In this document: one piece after another, positions 28,681 to 44,683 of the stretch
Layout: the number at the start of each line of letters is the position of its first letter
Numbering within the stretch: position 1 is the stretch's first letter
NCBI GenBank assembly: GCA_951406725.2
Contig: OX597822.1
Span: forward strand, 107,012,001 to 107,076,000
Direction: 5' to 3'
Length of the DNA: 64,000 bases
Origin: Octopus vulgaris
Lineage: Eukaryota
The notes under the pieces: generated by a model
Told to the model about the DNA's origin: nothing
The model's database searches: none
What the model saw: only the letters and a program-made list of their open reading frames with translations
Made by a program: the position numbers and the translations under genes

Positions 28681-29106
28681 ATATATATACTAAGTATATT
28701 ATAGGGTTTAGCAACGAGCTGGCAGAAACGGTAGCACGCCGGGCGAAATGCAGTTGTATTTCGTCTGCCGTTATTTAGAAATAGTAGCCTTTCATCCTTT
28801 CGGGGTCGAAAATTAAGTACCAGTTACGCACTTCGATGCGACTGACTCTGTGTTTAGCTATTTCTAAATTCGGTAATGGGTTTAGCACGATTTGACCACA
28901 CACCGAATTTAGAAAAGTAGTCAAAAGAGTTTTGGCTGACTGCTATTTCTAAATTCGGTGTGTGTGACAAATTACTTAGTATTACTTAAACCTTCCTTGA
29001 ATGGGGCTTTTACATGCCGAAATCTACTTGGTGAAATTGATGATTATTCCAAATTAATTAATTTCACCCTATATTATTATTGATAATTATATATATATAC
29101 ATATAC

Positions 29107-29153
<47 letters not shown>

Positions 29154-29838
29154 AGGAGAATGTAGTATGTGTAAATTGTAAGCTTAGACCTTTATAACAA
29201 TTACTGCAAAGTTGATTACTGCAGTCATGGAGGTCATGTTTAGTGTTAAGTTAATTATAGATCGAAATACCTCATTTCTGGATATCAAATCAAGGTGTTC
29301 AGTGTTTTTGTTCGTAGCTATAGAGAAAAAAAAAACACTTGGCAAAAGTGCCGCGCTATGGGACTGAACCCGAAACTAGGTGGTTGCCATGTGAACTGCT
29401 TAACCACATCACCATGCCTACACATCCACAATTGCTATGTAAAAACATAGAAGATAATACCCTACAAGTGATTCACATCTCATGTATAATTTTTCTTCTT
29501 ATTTAAGTAGTCTACTGCTACCCCACGTAAATAAACATAAAACAAAAAACTAAAACAACAACAACAAAAATCGAAAGACATCAGTCCTCTATAAGTTTAG
29601 CCTCACTTAAAAGTGAACCTTCTTTTAGAACAGAGAATACTGAAATAGTTACCATGATAGTTACCATGATAGAAACTCCCTTAGTAGCTTTCAGTGCGTA
29701 AACTCATTCTTCTGGGGCTAAATAAACATACATGCTTGGTATTAATACTACGTCGGTCGCTAGTAAATATTTTTCTTCTAATAAACCCACTGCTATTCAC
29801 GACACCAGTGCCTGTTCTGGCGCTGTGATTCTATATAT

Positions 29839-30058
29839 CTGTTTCTTTATTACCCACATGGGCTAAATATAGAGGGGACAAACAAGGACAGACAAACGGA
29901 TTAAGTCGATTACATCGACCCCAGTGCGTAACTGGTACTTAATTTATCGACCCCGAAAGGATGAAAGGCAAAGTCGACCTCGGCGGAATTTGAACTCAGA
30001 ACGTAACGGCAGACGAAATACGGCTACGCATTTCGGCCTGCGTGCTAACGGTTCTGCC
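29839..30058 (-). mobile_element. SINE-C with ~19-bp TSD
   Basis: TSD cgctgtgattctatatatc at 29821 and 30058. Confidence 0.9.
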
Positions 30059-30302
30059 GCTGTGATTCTATATATCGCTAGGGGAGATACATTGCTGCTA
30101 TCTCCAGCATCCAGCATTGATAAGGCCATGGAAGGCCGAAATCACGTGATCTTGTGGTCGCAGCGGTGGCAAATGATTTACCTCCCACCGCCGATACGAA
30201 GATTGTGTTTACGAAGCGGAAGCCAATATGAGAGTCTCGCTGATGGTAAATACCGCGGTATTCAGTGTTCCAAGAGAACGTCCACTTTTAAGTGGGGCTC
30301 TC

Positions 30303-30697
30303 TTTTACCCTTTTACTCTTTTACTTGTTTCAGTCATTTGACTGTGGCTATGCTGGAGCACCGCCTTTAGTCGAGCAAATCGACCCCAGGACTTATTCTT
30401 TGTAAGCGCAGTACTTATTCTATCGGTGTCTTTTGCCGAACCGCTAAGTGACGGCAACGTAAACACACTAGCATCGGTTGTCAAGCAATGCTAGGGGGAC
30501 AAACACAGACACACAAACATACAAGCACATACATATATATACATATATACGACGGGCCTCTTTCAGTTTCCGTCTACCAAATCCACTCACAAGGCTTTGG
30601 TCGGCCCGAGGCTATAGTAGAAGACACTTGCCCAAGGTGCCACGCAGTGGGACTGAACCCGGAACCATGTGGTTGGTAAACAAGCTACTTACCACAC
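30303..30697 (-). mobile_element. SINE-A
   Basis: Reverse-complement tail, TA tract and head. Confidence 0.9.
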
Positions 30698-31068
30698 TTT
30701 TTTTAATTAATCATCCACATGTTAGAAATGACAATCAAACTAATGTCATTCACACGTTACTGCCTGAAAAAAATGAGTCCCAGAAGACATGAATATTGTA
30801 TTCTATGGTCTGGAGAAAAAGCAAACAAAAATAACAGGTTCGTAACGGTTCGACTGCCATAGGATATAACTCTTTTACTTGTTTCAGTCATTAGCTGGTG
30901 TTAAACAACAACAACAATAACAAAGAATACAACAGCGAGTACATGAAGAAAAGTGAAAGCAATCGATGTAAAAAAAAAAAAGAAAGACTATAGTTGCTTA
31001 GGATATAAAAGAAGGAACCAATAAGAAGATTTGTGTTTCGTACGGTACCCAGCCTTTCTGCGGAGACT

Positions 31069-33168
<2,100 letters not shown>

Positions 33169-33260
33169 CACGCAGTGGGACTGAACCCGAAACCATATAG
33201 TTCGTAATCAAGCTACTTACCACTCAGTCACTCCTACGCCTATTGACCTAATCAACATAA

Positions 33261-33639
33261 GGCACAATGGCCCAGTGGTTAGGGCAGCGGACTCGCGGTC
33301 ATAGGATCGCGGTTTCGATTCCCAGACCGGGCGTTGTGAGTGTTTATTGAGCGAAAACACCTAAAGCTCCACGAGGCTCCGGCAGGGGATGGTGGTGATC
33401 CCTGCTGTACTCTTTCACCACAACTTTCTCTCACTCTTACTTCCTGTTTCTGTTGTACCTGTATTTCAAGGGGCCGGCCTTGTCACTCTCTGTGTCACGC
33501 TGAATATCCCCGAGAACTACGTTAAGGGTACACGTGTCTGTGGAGTGCTCAGTCACTTACACGTTAATTTCGCGAGCAGGCTGCTCCGTTGATTCGGATC
33601 AATTGGAACCTCATCGTCGTGACCGACGGAGTGCTTCCA
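33261..33639 (+). mobile_element. SINE-B full length with 13-bp TSD
   Basis: TSD taatcaacataag at 33249 and 33644. Confidence 0.92.
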
Positions 33640-33829
33640 TATATAATCAACATAAGACAATTAAAACATTCATTATATTTCCGTGTTTTGAACGTTTCGT
33701 TCTATGTCTTCACTGCCGTCTTTGAGTAAAGAGTATTTTTGATAGTTATTAATCTAACATTGATACACAAACTGGATTACTACTTTAGGTCATGGGAGAG
33801 TTTCTGATGATGTATAGGTCAAAGAATGG

Positions 33830-34530
33830 AGGCCATATTAATATGGACCACCTCATGCCAGAAGTAACCCATATAAGTTTGCGTAGGGCCAACAACCATA
33901 CCTAGATAATAAAAAAAGCGAAGTTACAGAAGCACTGAGGAAAATTCAAAATCAGCATGATCTGGGACAAGCAAGACCTCCTGGGGGAGGCGAGATACTG
34001 AGGCGGCAGGGCTGAAAAAGATCGGATCGAACTGGAGAGAAGTAGAAAAAATAGCACAGAATCTGCCTCGGCGGAGAGGTCATGGGTGGCCTGGTGGATG
34101 GAAGCACTCCGTCGGTTACGACGACGAGGGTTCCGGTTGATTCTATCAACGGAACAGCCTGCTCGTGAAATTAACGTGTAAGTGGCTGAGCACTCCACAG
34201 ACACATGTACCCTTAAAGTAGTTCTCGGGGATATTCAGCGTGACACAGAGAGTGACAAGGCCGGCTCTTTGAAGCACAGGTACAACAGAAACAGGAAGTA
34301 AGAGTGAGAGAAAGTTGTGGTGAAAGAGTACAGCAGGGATCACCACAATCCCCTGCCGGAGCCTCGTGGAGATTTTAGGTGTTTTCGCTCAATAAACACT
34401 CACAACGCCCGCTCTGGGAATCGAAACCGCGATCCTACGACCGCGAGTCCGCTGCCTTAACCACTGGGCCATTGCGCCTCCCACGGATGGCCTACGCTTC
34501 ACAAGGAGAAAGAAGACTTAAATAAGTAAT
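33830..34530 (+). mobile_element. RTE-like LINE 3' end interrupted by SINE-B
   Basis: RDTEAAGLKKIGSNWREVEKIAQN..VDGLRFTRRKKT* then taaataagtaa. ggatgg is repeated at the SINE borders. Confidence 0.55.
34100..34482 (-). mobile_element. SINE-B full length
   Basis: Reverse complement of 33261-33639, high identity. Confidence 0.92.
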
Positions 34531-35099
34531 GTGATCGGAGGAATATGGAGAAATGGCCATATATAAGGCAAATTAGTCGGAAGTGATGCCCAGATACTTG
34601 CAGACGAGGTGAGTTTCTCGTTCAGCTAACGTACGCAAGCCACAGGATGAGCAAATATTTTAGCTTTATATGAAATTGCTATTAATATTTGAGTTCGGCA
34701 CTTGAATCGCCGTCCGATGGCATTGCTATTATCTTCAGCTGAGTCTCCTATGTTGTTATTAACCACAATATCTATTTTACGAGGCTAACAGAGGATAATA
34801 TATATCGATACACTATTTCTTACAACGGTAATCCATATGATATAGGTTCTTCCAAAATCAACTCCTTCATAGAGTCGGAGACTCTGCAAAAGTATTATGC
34901 GTTACTTTTCTTTCTCCCATTAAACTACAAAATATATTTTAAAATATATCACGAGTAGTACTCCAGTTTGTGTATCAATGTTAGATTAATATATAAAGTA
35001 AAATACTTTTTACTCAAAGACGGCAGTGAAGACAGAAAGATATGTTCACGACACTGAAATATAATGAATGTTTAATTTTCTTATGTTGATTAGGTCAAT

Positions 35100-35890
35100 A
35101 GGCGTTGGAGTGACTGTGTGGTAAGTAGCTTGCTTACGAACTACATGGTTCCGGGTTCAGTCCCACTGCGTGGCGCCTTGGGCAAGTGTCTTCTACTATA
35201 GCCTCGGGCCGACCAAACCATTGTGAGTGGATTTGGTAGACGGAAACTGAAAGAAGCCCGTCGTATATATGTATATATATATATTTGTGTGTCTGTTTTT
35301 TCCCCCCATCAATGCTTGACAACCGATGCTGGTGTGTTTACGTCCCCGTAACTTAGCAGTTCGGCAAAAAGAGAGCGATAGAATAAGTACTAGGCTTACA
35401 AAGAATAAGTCCTGGGGTCGATTTGCTCGACTAAAGGCGGTGCTCCAGCATGGCCACAGTCAAATGACTGAAACAAGTAAAAGAGTGAAGAAGGAAGTTG
35501 AGAAATTTGCTTCGTAACCACGTGGTTTTGGGTTCGGTCCTGAGCGATATTTTCGGCGAGTGTCTCTTCTACGATAGACCCGGTCCAACTAATATCTTCT
35601 AAGGGAATTTGATAGAAAGAAACTGTGTGGAAGCCCAAGATATATATATGTATATATGTTGATGTGTATATGTATGTGTGTATGTTTGTGTCTTGACGTT
35701 TGTTCTTAGACCACATGTCAGCTGGTGGTGGTTTGTTTATTTCGTCGTAACCTAGCGCTCGGGGAAATAAATCGATGGAATAAGTATCAGACAAAAGTAG
35801 GGCATGGTTCGATGTGTTCGACTGAAACTTTGAAGGCGGTGACTCAGCATGGCCGCAATCCAATGACTGAAAGTAATAATAAAAGAAAAA
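35100..35890 (+). mobile_element. SINE-A (35100-35486) followed by an older diverged SINE-A-like copy
   Basis: Head and tail motifs each occur twice. Confidence 0.85.
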
Positions 35891-36008
35891 AGGACTTCAC
35901 TTCCTTTATGTAAATTATATTGTTTAGTATAAATCCGAGCAAATTTTTCTGTTAAATGCTAAACGCAAGTGTTTCTCTGTAGAGACTGACAAGGCATAAC
36001 ATATGATT

Positions 36009-36598
36009 AGGCGGCGAGCTGGCAGAGACGTTAGCACGCCGGGCGAAATGCGCAGCCGTATTTCGTCTGTCGTTACGTTGTGAGTTCAAATTCCGCCGAG
36101 GTCGACTTTGCCTTTCATTCTTTCGGGGTCGATAAATTAAGTACCAGTTACGCACTGGGGTCGATATAATCGACTTAATACCTATGTCTGTCCTTGTTTG
36201 TCCCTTCTATGTTTAGCCCCTTGTGGGTAATAAAGAAATAGATATTTCGTCTGCTGTTACGTTCTGAGTTCAAATTCCGCCGAGGTCGACTTTGCCTTTC
36301 ATCCTTTCAGGGTCGATAAATTAAGTACCAGTTACGCACTGGGGTCGATGTAATCGACTTAATACCTATGTCTGTCCTTGTTTGTCCCTTCTATGTTTAG
36401 ACCCTTGTGGGTAATAAAGAAATAGATATTTCGTCTGCTGTTACGTTCTGAGTTCAAATTCCGCCGAGGTCGAGTTTGCCTTTCATTCTTTCGGGGTCGA
36501 TAAATTAAGTACCAGTCGATGTAATCGACTTAATCCCTTTTGTCTGTCCTTGTTTGTCGCCTCTATGTTTAGCCCCTAGTGGGCAATTGACAAATAAG
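36009..36598 (+). mobile_element. SINE-C trimer with TSD
   Basis: Three ~183-bp units. TSD ataacatatgat at 35996 and 36601. Confidence 0.92.
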
Positions 36599-37122
36599 GG
36601 ATAACATATGATAGTCGTCTTTTGTCTTTCCAAGTCGATTTGCTCGCAACTTAACATACATGGTTACGATTCGTTTTGCACTAATCTCACTGCACGTTGA
36701 GAGACAGTGTGTTGTCTTAAAACATTTCCGCCGCTCTTAACATTGAGCTAGTTCTTCACCGACTGAGAATATATCGATATATAAATTCATCTGATATTAG
36801 TTTTATGTTATTTATAATACAATAATAATATTTCAAAACTGCGTTTCTAAACATTTCCGTACATGAAGTCAATTAGGTAGTATTTTCATTGCTTAAAAGT
36901 ACATGGCATCTCAGTTTATTTATTTTTGTTATTGAAACCAGCAATCCATCAACATATTTTCTGAAACACAGAATGCAGTAACAGCATGTTTTGGCTCCAG
37001 CAGAAAAGAATATACACGCATGCGTACAAGCAGACACGCATTTACATGCACACACTCATGTATGCATGCAAATTCTCATTTCTATTCATCTGTGTTCAGT
37101 CCTGTGTGGCTAATAAAGTAAG

Positions 37123-37225
<103 letters not shown>

Positions 37226-37680
37226 TCTGTATATCTATCTATCTTAATGCAAACATACATACATACATACATACAAACTTACATACGTACAAAAATACAA
37301 ACATACATACATACATACATACTTACATACATACATACATACAAACATACTTACATACATACACATGCTATTTGCGCGTGTCCGATTCTGGAATGGAGAA
37401 AATAGAGTACACAACAACAGCAACAACAACAACAACAACAACAACAGTAACAACAAGCACACGAACCAATCTACGAATTGATCATGTGTTGTTCTATTAT
37501 AATTAGGTCCATGTGGGAGGGGGGTGATAATTAAAGATTTTTTTTGCTATTAGAAATTTTTTAAAATTTTTTATCATCATTCATTATTTTTTTTTTTTAC
37601 ATTTGTCTTAAATGTATTCTCTTATTTATGATTTTGCTTCCAAAAGTTTTATTTTTATTATTTTTAGCAGCAACGTTTAT

Positions 37681-37683
<3 letters not shown>

Positions 37684-37721
<38 letters not shown>

Positions 37722-37753
37722 CATCATCATTATTATTATTATTATCATCATCG

Positions 37754-37793
<40 letters not shown>

Positions 37794-37819
37794 CATCATC
37801 ATTATTATTATAATCATCG

Positions 37820-37859
<40 letters not shown>

Positions 37860-37941
37860 CATCATCATCATCATTATTATTATTATTATCATCATCGTCA
37901 TTATTATTATTATTATTATCATCGTCATTATTATTATTATT

Positions 37942-38018
<77 letters not shown>

Positions 38019-38101
38019 CATCATCATCATTATTATTATTATCATCATTATTATTATTATTATTATTATTATCATCATCATCATTATTATTATAATCATC
38101 G

Positions 38102-38132
<31 letters not shown>

Positions 38133-38176
38133 CATCATCATCATCATCATTATTATCATCATCATCATCATCATCA

Positions 38177-38207
<31 letters not shown>

Positions 38208-38215
38208 CATCATCG

Positions 38216-38258
<43 letters not shown>

Positions 38259-38290
38259 CATCATCATTATTATTATTATTATCATCATCG

Positions 38291-38330
<40 letters not shown>

Positions 38331-38365
38331 CATCATCATCATTATTATTATTATTATCATCATCG

Positions 38366-38405
<40 letters not shown>

Positions 38406-38524
38406 CATCATCATTATTATTATTATCATCATCGTCATTATTATTATTATTATTATCATCATCATCATCATCATTATTATTATTATCATCATCGTCATTA
38501 TTATTATTATTATTATCATCATCG

Positions 38525-38565
<41 letters not shown>
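37684..38565. repeat. (ATT)n/(ATC)n/GTC compound triplet array
   Basis: ~880 bp with recurring atcatcgtcatt units. Confidence 0.95.
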
Positions 38566-39371
38566 TTTTTTTTTTTTTTTTGTTTAATCTCATCTAATTT
38601 CGGGACTAATTCATTCAGTGAGTGAATCACGAGTATTTAGAATGATGGTGTATTTTCGAAATGGTAATTGGAAACTAGAATAATGATGGAAGTTAGCGTG
38701 ATTTCAGCAAGAAAGTAAAACAACAACAAAGCGATACATAAGGCAAAGGGAAGATTCGAAGAATAAAAAATAGTTTTGGTTATAGTGCATGATTGGAAAG
38801 GATCTGTAAGAAAAAAAAAGTGATTTAGTTTTGAGATATTTGACACGTGAAATCAACTTCCAGGTGTGTAAAATGGACATGGCGGAACCGTCGTTTTTAG
38901 TTGTCTTCGTGATGTGTTGTTTGTAAGAGTAATGGGGGTGGGGCAGAGAGGAAGATGGAGAAAAGAAAAAAAAGTAAAAGAAGATGAGGAGGGAGAAAAA
39001 GAGGAGAAAGAAGAGGAAAAGTGTGGGAGTAAGATGCGAAACATGATGAAGAAAAAAAAAAGGGGCATGTAGCGGAAGATGGAAGAGGGAAGAACTAAAA
39101 CATAACAACAATAACAAGAAGAAGAAGAAGCTGGAGAGTGAAAGAGACAAGCGGAGTAAACTAAATGAAATGGCACAGAGCAATGGGAAACCAGTACTCT
39201 ATATTTCCCCATCAAATATATGAATCTTTGGATTCTTGATGGACGTCTATGGTGCCGACACCTGTTGAATTAGCACAAGACAAGAAAAGGAAAGGTGAGA
39301 GAGAGAGAGAGAAAGAGAGGAAGAAGGAGAAATACAAGCAGTTTATGTGTGTTTAATGGTTACCATCGTTC

Positions 39372-39935
39372 TTATTTCTTTATCGCCCACAAGGGGCTAA
39401 ACATAGAGGGTACAAACTAGGACATCGACCCCAGTGCATAACTGGTACTTAATTTATCGACCCCGAAAGGATGGAAGGCAAAGTCGACCTCGGCGGAATT
39501 TGAACTCAGAACGTAACGGCAGACGAAATACCTATTTCTTTACTACCCACAAGGGCCCAAACACAGAGGGGACAAACAAGGACAAACAAACGGATTAAGT
39601 CGATTACATCGACCCCAGTGCGTAACTGGTACTTAATTTATCGAGCCCGAAAGGATGGAAGGCAAAGTCGACCTCGGCAGATTTTGAACTCAGAACGTAA
39701 CGGCAGATTAAATACCTATTTCTTTACTACCCACAAGGGCCCAAACAAGCACAGACAAACGGATTAAGTCGATTACATCGACCCCAGTGCGTAACTGGTA
39801 CTTAATTTATCGACCCCGAAAGGATGGAAGGCAAAGTCGACCTCGGTGGAATATGAACTCAGAACATAACGACAGACGAAATGTCGCTAAGTATTTCGCC
39901 CGGCGTGCTAACGTTTCTGCCAGCTCACCGCCTTT
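39372..39935 (-). mobile_element. SINE-C trimer
   Basis: Three units with junction gaaatacctatttc. Confidence 0.9.
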
Positions 39936-40238
39936 ATGGTGTCTATCGTCCTAGTTCGGCCATCTTGTGCAACAGCCCCCAAGAGTTTTAGTCAATCATA
40001 TTGAATTCGTCGAATCCAGTATTTATTTTGCTCAGGTCGTTATTTTCGCGATCATTAATGATGACTGGATAAGAAACTATTTCACGTCTAATTATGCATT
40101 CCAATGCCCGGTTTTATATGTGAAGAGAAACACACACACACACGCGTACGCACGAAAACACGCATACAACAGGTAGTGGAATTGAACCCGGACGTAAATG
40201 GTAAAAGTAAAATTCTTACTCAGATTACCATAAAGTGG

Positions 40239-40572
<334 letters not shown>

Positions 40573-41913
40573 TATATATACGTATATATATATTATATAC
40601 ATACATAGGAATGATATATATGACACAAATGACAACAATACTACAGTGCATTACAACTATCCCTTACTAGAATTTGTTATATCAAGCTAAAAAAAGGATC
40701 CTCAGAACAGGAGCTCGAACTGCTAGACATGGCACACAATCTCCCCTAATCACATCCTACCGTTTTAAAATAGAATGAAACAAACATAGGTAAGTGTTGT
40801 TCCTACGGAATTGTGCCCATGAAAAGGTGAGTTGGTCATGGTTGGAATACTAGCGATCCGAGGTTTTCTCGATCAAGGTTTGATCAAGGGCCAACCAACA
40901 ATTATATGTCGTAAAAAAACTCTAACCTTGGTAAATGCCCTCAAACCGCCATTTTAGATCTTACGACGAAGACGCCATGTTGTCAGACGGTGTTGTAAAA
41001 ATGGCTGTAATGTCCGAGATTTCACTATATATCTAGTTTGTATGTGTCATATATATGTATATATATATATGTATATTGGATAATATTGACTTAGATATCT
41101 CTGAAATTAACGTGATGAGTAAGGCTGGAATATAACTGAACATGGGTCTTTTGGGCCAGTGATAATCTGGGAATAAACAAGTACAACAGCTTAAAACAAC
41201 AACTACAGCAGAGTTAAGTTCACCGGACATGTTTAAAATGAGACAAAGATACACATATCCATCAATATAGTGATTTAAATAAAAGCCTTGTAAATACCAA
41301 TACCAGGAGGGAAATATATTTGAAATGTTGATGGAATATATTTGATCATTGATCTGCTCGATTATGGATGAGAGAACGAAAAACAATAACTACAACAACA
41401 GTTACAACACAACAACAACAACAGCAACAACAGCAGCAGCATTAACTTCAGTGGATATATCTAAAGAATAACATTGCTAGGCATATCTAGAGATATCGTA
41501 ATTAAAATAAAAGCATGTTAAGTACAGAAGAAAAATGAATTCATAACAAAAATTACTAATACATAAGCAATGCTCAATATAAAACCTGTGAGATCGTTTT
41601 AAGACGCGATGAAATAAAAGATATCCGTTTTGCAATTCTAAAGCAAGTGTTTAACATAGACACACGGCATAGAATAGTAAAAGCATGTTACAAGCCTAAG
41701 TAGAGGCCAGTGGGATTTCAACCCAGAATCTTAAAGGAAGAAAGTAATTTAGTGTAAGGATTTTGGTCGGCCATTGCTCCCGCAAGAATTAGTAATTAAA
41801 ACAATAAACCTCATGAATGAGAATGTTAAAAACATTAAAATATCACATTTAGCCGTTACAATAATAAACATGAAAATACACATCTACATGCCACTAAAAC
41901 AGCAGCAGCTACA

Positions 41914-42470
41914 GCGGACTCGCAGTCGGAGGATCACGGTTTCGATTCCCGGACCGGGCGTTGTGTGTGTTTATTGAGCAAAAATAACTAAAAGTTCCAC
42001 GAGGCTCCGGCAGGGGTGGTGGCGACGCCTATTGTACTCTTTCGCTCCATCTCTCTCTCTCACTCTTTCTTCCTGTTTCTTGTCCCCGACTTCCTACGCA
42101 ACCGCTGAGCCTGGATGTGCATTCATCCATCCGTCGATGTTCTCGGTGTCGGGGGTTGACCTACCTGCTTTCTCTTCTGCGGGTCCCGAATAGCAAAGGA
42201 CCACGTTTCGGACTTCTCCCACTAGGGAAGAAGACCGCAACGCACAACAAACAAGCAGCAACAACAACAGCAGAGTGGAGACGCAATGGCCCAGTTGTAA
42301 GGGGAGCGGACTTGCGGTCGGAAGATCGCGGTTTCGATTCCCAGACCGGGCGTTGTGTGAGTTTATTGAGCGAAAACACCTAAAGCTCCACGATGCTCCG
42401 GTAGGAAGTGGTGGTGAAACCTGCTGTACTCTTTCACCACGACTTTCTCTCACTCATTCTTTCTACTTCT
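41914..42470 (+). mobile_element. Two SINE-B-type copies (41914-42240 with a different tail; 42277-42470)
   Basis: gcggactcgcagtcggaggatcacggtttcgattccc and ggagacgcaatggcccagt..ggtttcgattcccagacc. Confidence 0.85.
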
Positions 42471-42479
42471 GCCACAAAG

Positions 42480-42951
42480 CAGAGGAACCATGGTGTAACC
42501 CACTATGGTGTGGTAAACTTTCAGACCCTAGTCTAGATTGCGAATCCTCTGTAACCCAGGATGGTTCAGCTCTCCACCTGTTAAAAGCCATCGTTTACGG
42601 AATGAGGATAACAAAGTAGCTTTCGCGCCCGTGCAACCGCCAGTCTATCGCGTGTGGTGGGTGGATCTTCAAGTTGCCACACGCATTCTTAGTAGCTTAG
42701 AGTAGACTCGAATTAGAGATTATTCTTTGTGGCTAATAGTGAAAGAATGTGTGTGGTAGACTCGAGCGATAGGTTTAGAGACAAACACTTACCTCTCTGG
42801 CCAATCGCTCATCAACGTTTTCAAGTACCACTTGAAAAGGAAGGTGAGAATAGAGAAGAAAGTTTTGTCTCGTGAAAGTTTCAATAAAAGGTGGGTGAAT
42901 GTAACGCAAAGATGGTACGTGCGTATGACGAAACCCCTTTGAGCATGGTCC

Positions 42952-43020
<69 letters not shown>

Positions 43021-43262
43021 ACTTTGCTCTCATGTGTTTATTCCCTTCCTGACTGAGGTCTTTTCCGTAGGCTAATCTTGCTTTTTACACTTTCAAAAAA
43101 ATGTTTCTGTGATACACGATCCCTTTTGATCTTTTTCTTTCTCACGATCCTATTTAATTGGAATTTTATTTTTCTCCATTTTTTTTCTATTCTCGAAAAG
43201 AAAAGCTCTACATTGTATTTTGTCCCCTCTGTGTTCAGTCCTGTGTGGCTAATAAAGAAACT
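42480..43262 (+). mobile_element. Tx1/L1-like LINE 3' end (ORF2 C-terminus + 3'UTR)
   Basis: IVKECVW*TRAIGLETNTYLSGQSLINVFKYHLKRKVRIEKKVLSRESFNKRW resembles an L1/Tx1 C-terminus. Ends with gtggctaataaagaaac before (TCTA)n. Confidence 0.5.
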
Positions 43263-43268
43263 CATCTG

Positions 43269-43316
<48 letters not shown>

Positions 43317-43342
43317 CTGTCTGTTTGTCATCTATCTATCTA

Positions 43343-43387
<45 letters not shown>

Positions 43388-43930
43388 ATGTATGTATGTA
43401 TGTATGTATGTATGTATGCATGTATGTATGTATGTATGTATGTCAACTAGATATCAGGTTGATCTTAGACTAAGCTGTCTTTCAGAAAAATTCATTTTCG
43501 AAAATATAAAATGAAAGAAAAAAAAAATAATAATATTATTCAGTGAATTCTCGAAAACATCTTAAAATAGTACAAAGTTAATAACACGCTTTAAAAATGT
43601 CTAAATATATTTTGAAAATTTAAAAATAAAAGTTTACTGATAAAATAAAAACAGAAACTATTCTAAGAATCTAAAAATAGAAAGTATAATATATCGAAAC
43701 AAGAAATGGAGAAGAGAAAAATATATTAAAATGGAGATTGGCTTCATTTGTCTTCTAACTGCATGTTCTATTTTGTGACCTTTGTTCAGTAGAAATAGAT
43801 ATTTTAAGATAATTTAAGGACTGAGAATACAACCTGACATCTGAGAAAAACGTATTCCTTATTACATTTTATCGTACCAGAGTTTAAAATTGTAATATGT
43901 AATGTAAGATATATAGTAATTTAGTAAATT

Positions 43931-44332
43931 AAGGCGGCGAGCTGGCAGAAACGTTAGCACGCTGGGCGAAATGTGTAGTCGTATTTTGTCTGCCGTTACG
44001 TTCTGGGTTCAAATTCCGCCGAGGTCGACTTTGCTTTTCATCCTTTCGGGGTCGATAAATTAAGTACCAGTTACGCACTTGGGTCGATATAATCGACTTA
44101 ATCCGTTTGTCTGTCCTTGTTTGTCCACTCTATGTTTAGCTCCTTGTGGGTAGTAAAGAAATAGGTATTTCGTCTGCCGTTACGTTCTGAGTTCAAATTC
44201 CGACAAGGTCGAATTTGCCTTTCATCCTTTCGGGGTCGATTAAATAAAGTACCAGTTTCGCACTGGGGTCGATGTAATCGACTTAATCCCTTTGTCTGAC
44301 CTTGTTTAGCCCCTTGTGGTTAGTAAAGAAAA
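43931..44332 (+). mobile_element. SINE-C dimer with 21-bp TSD
   Basis: TSD atatatagtaatttagtaaat at 43909 and 44343. Confidence 0.92.
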
Positions 44333-44391
44333 AAAAAGTAAAATATATAGTAATTTAGTAAATCACCGTTTACTATATTATTTATTATTGT

Positions 44392-44683
44392 AGAGGCACA
44401 TGGCCAAGAGCAACGGACTCGCGGTCGAGGTATCGCAGGTTCGAATCTCAGACCGGGCGATATGTGTGTTTATGAGCGAAAACACCTAAACTCCACGCGG
44501 CTCCGGCAGAACGTAATGACGAACTTCTGCTGACTCTTTCGCCACAACTTTCTCTCACTCTTTCCTCCTGCATCTTGCAGCTCACCTGCGACGGACCGGC
44601 TTCCCGTCCAGGTGAGGAACCTATACTCCAACGAAACTGAGAAACCGGTCCTATGAGCCAGGCGTGGCTCGAGAAGGAACAAA
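44392..44683 (+). mobile_element. SINE-B-related subfamily copy
   Basis: ggactcgcggtcgagg..ggttcgaatctcagaccgggcg..gagcgaaaacacctaaa, tail gagaaggaacaaac. Confidence 0.8.

Noticed and set aside
29924-30370. Recurring ORFs MRNWYLIYRPRKDERQSRPRRNLNS...
   Set aside because: They are antisense translations of SINE-C, not a gene family
33261-33335. tRNA-like sequences with A/B boxes
   Set aside because: They are SINE heads continuing into SINE bodies with TSDs, not stand-alone tRNA genes
37612-38630. 337-aa poly-Ile and 317-aa Ile/Met ORFs
   Set aside because: They are a pure triplet repeat with no evidence of coding function
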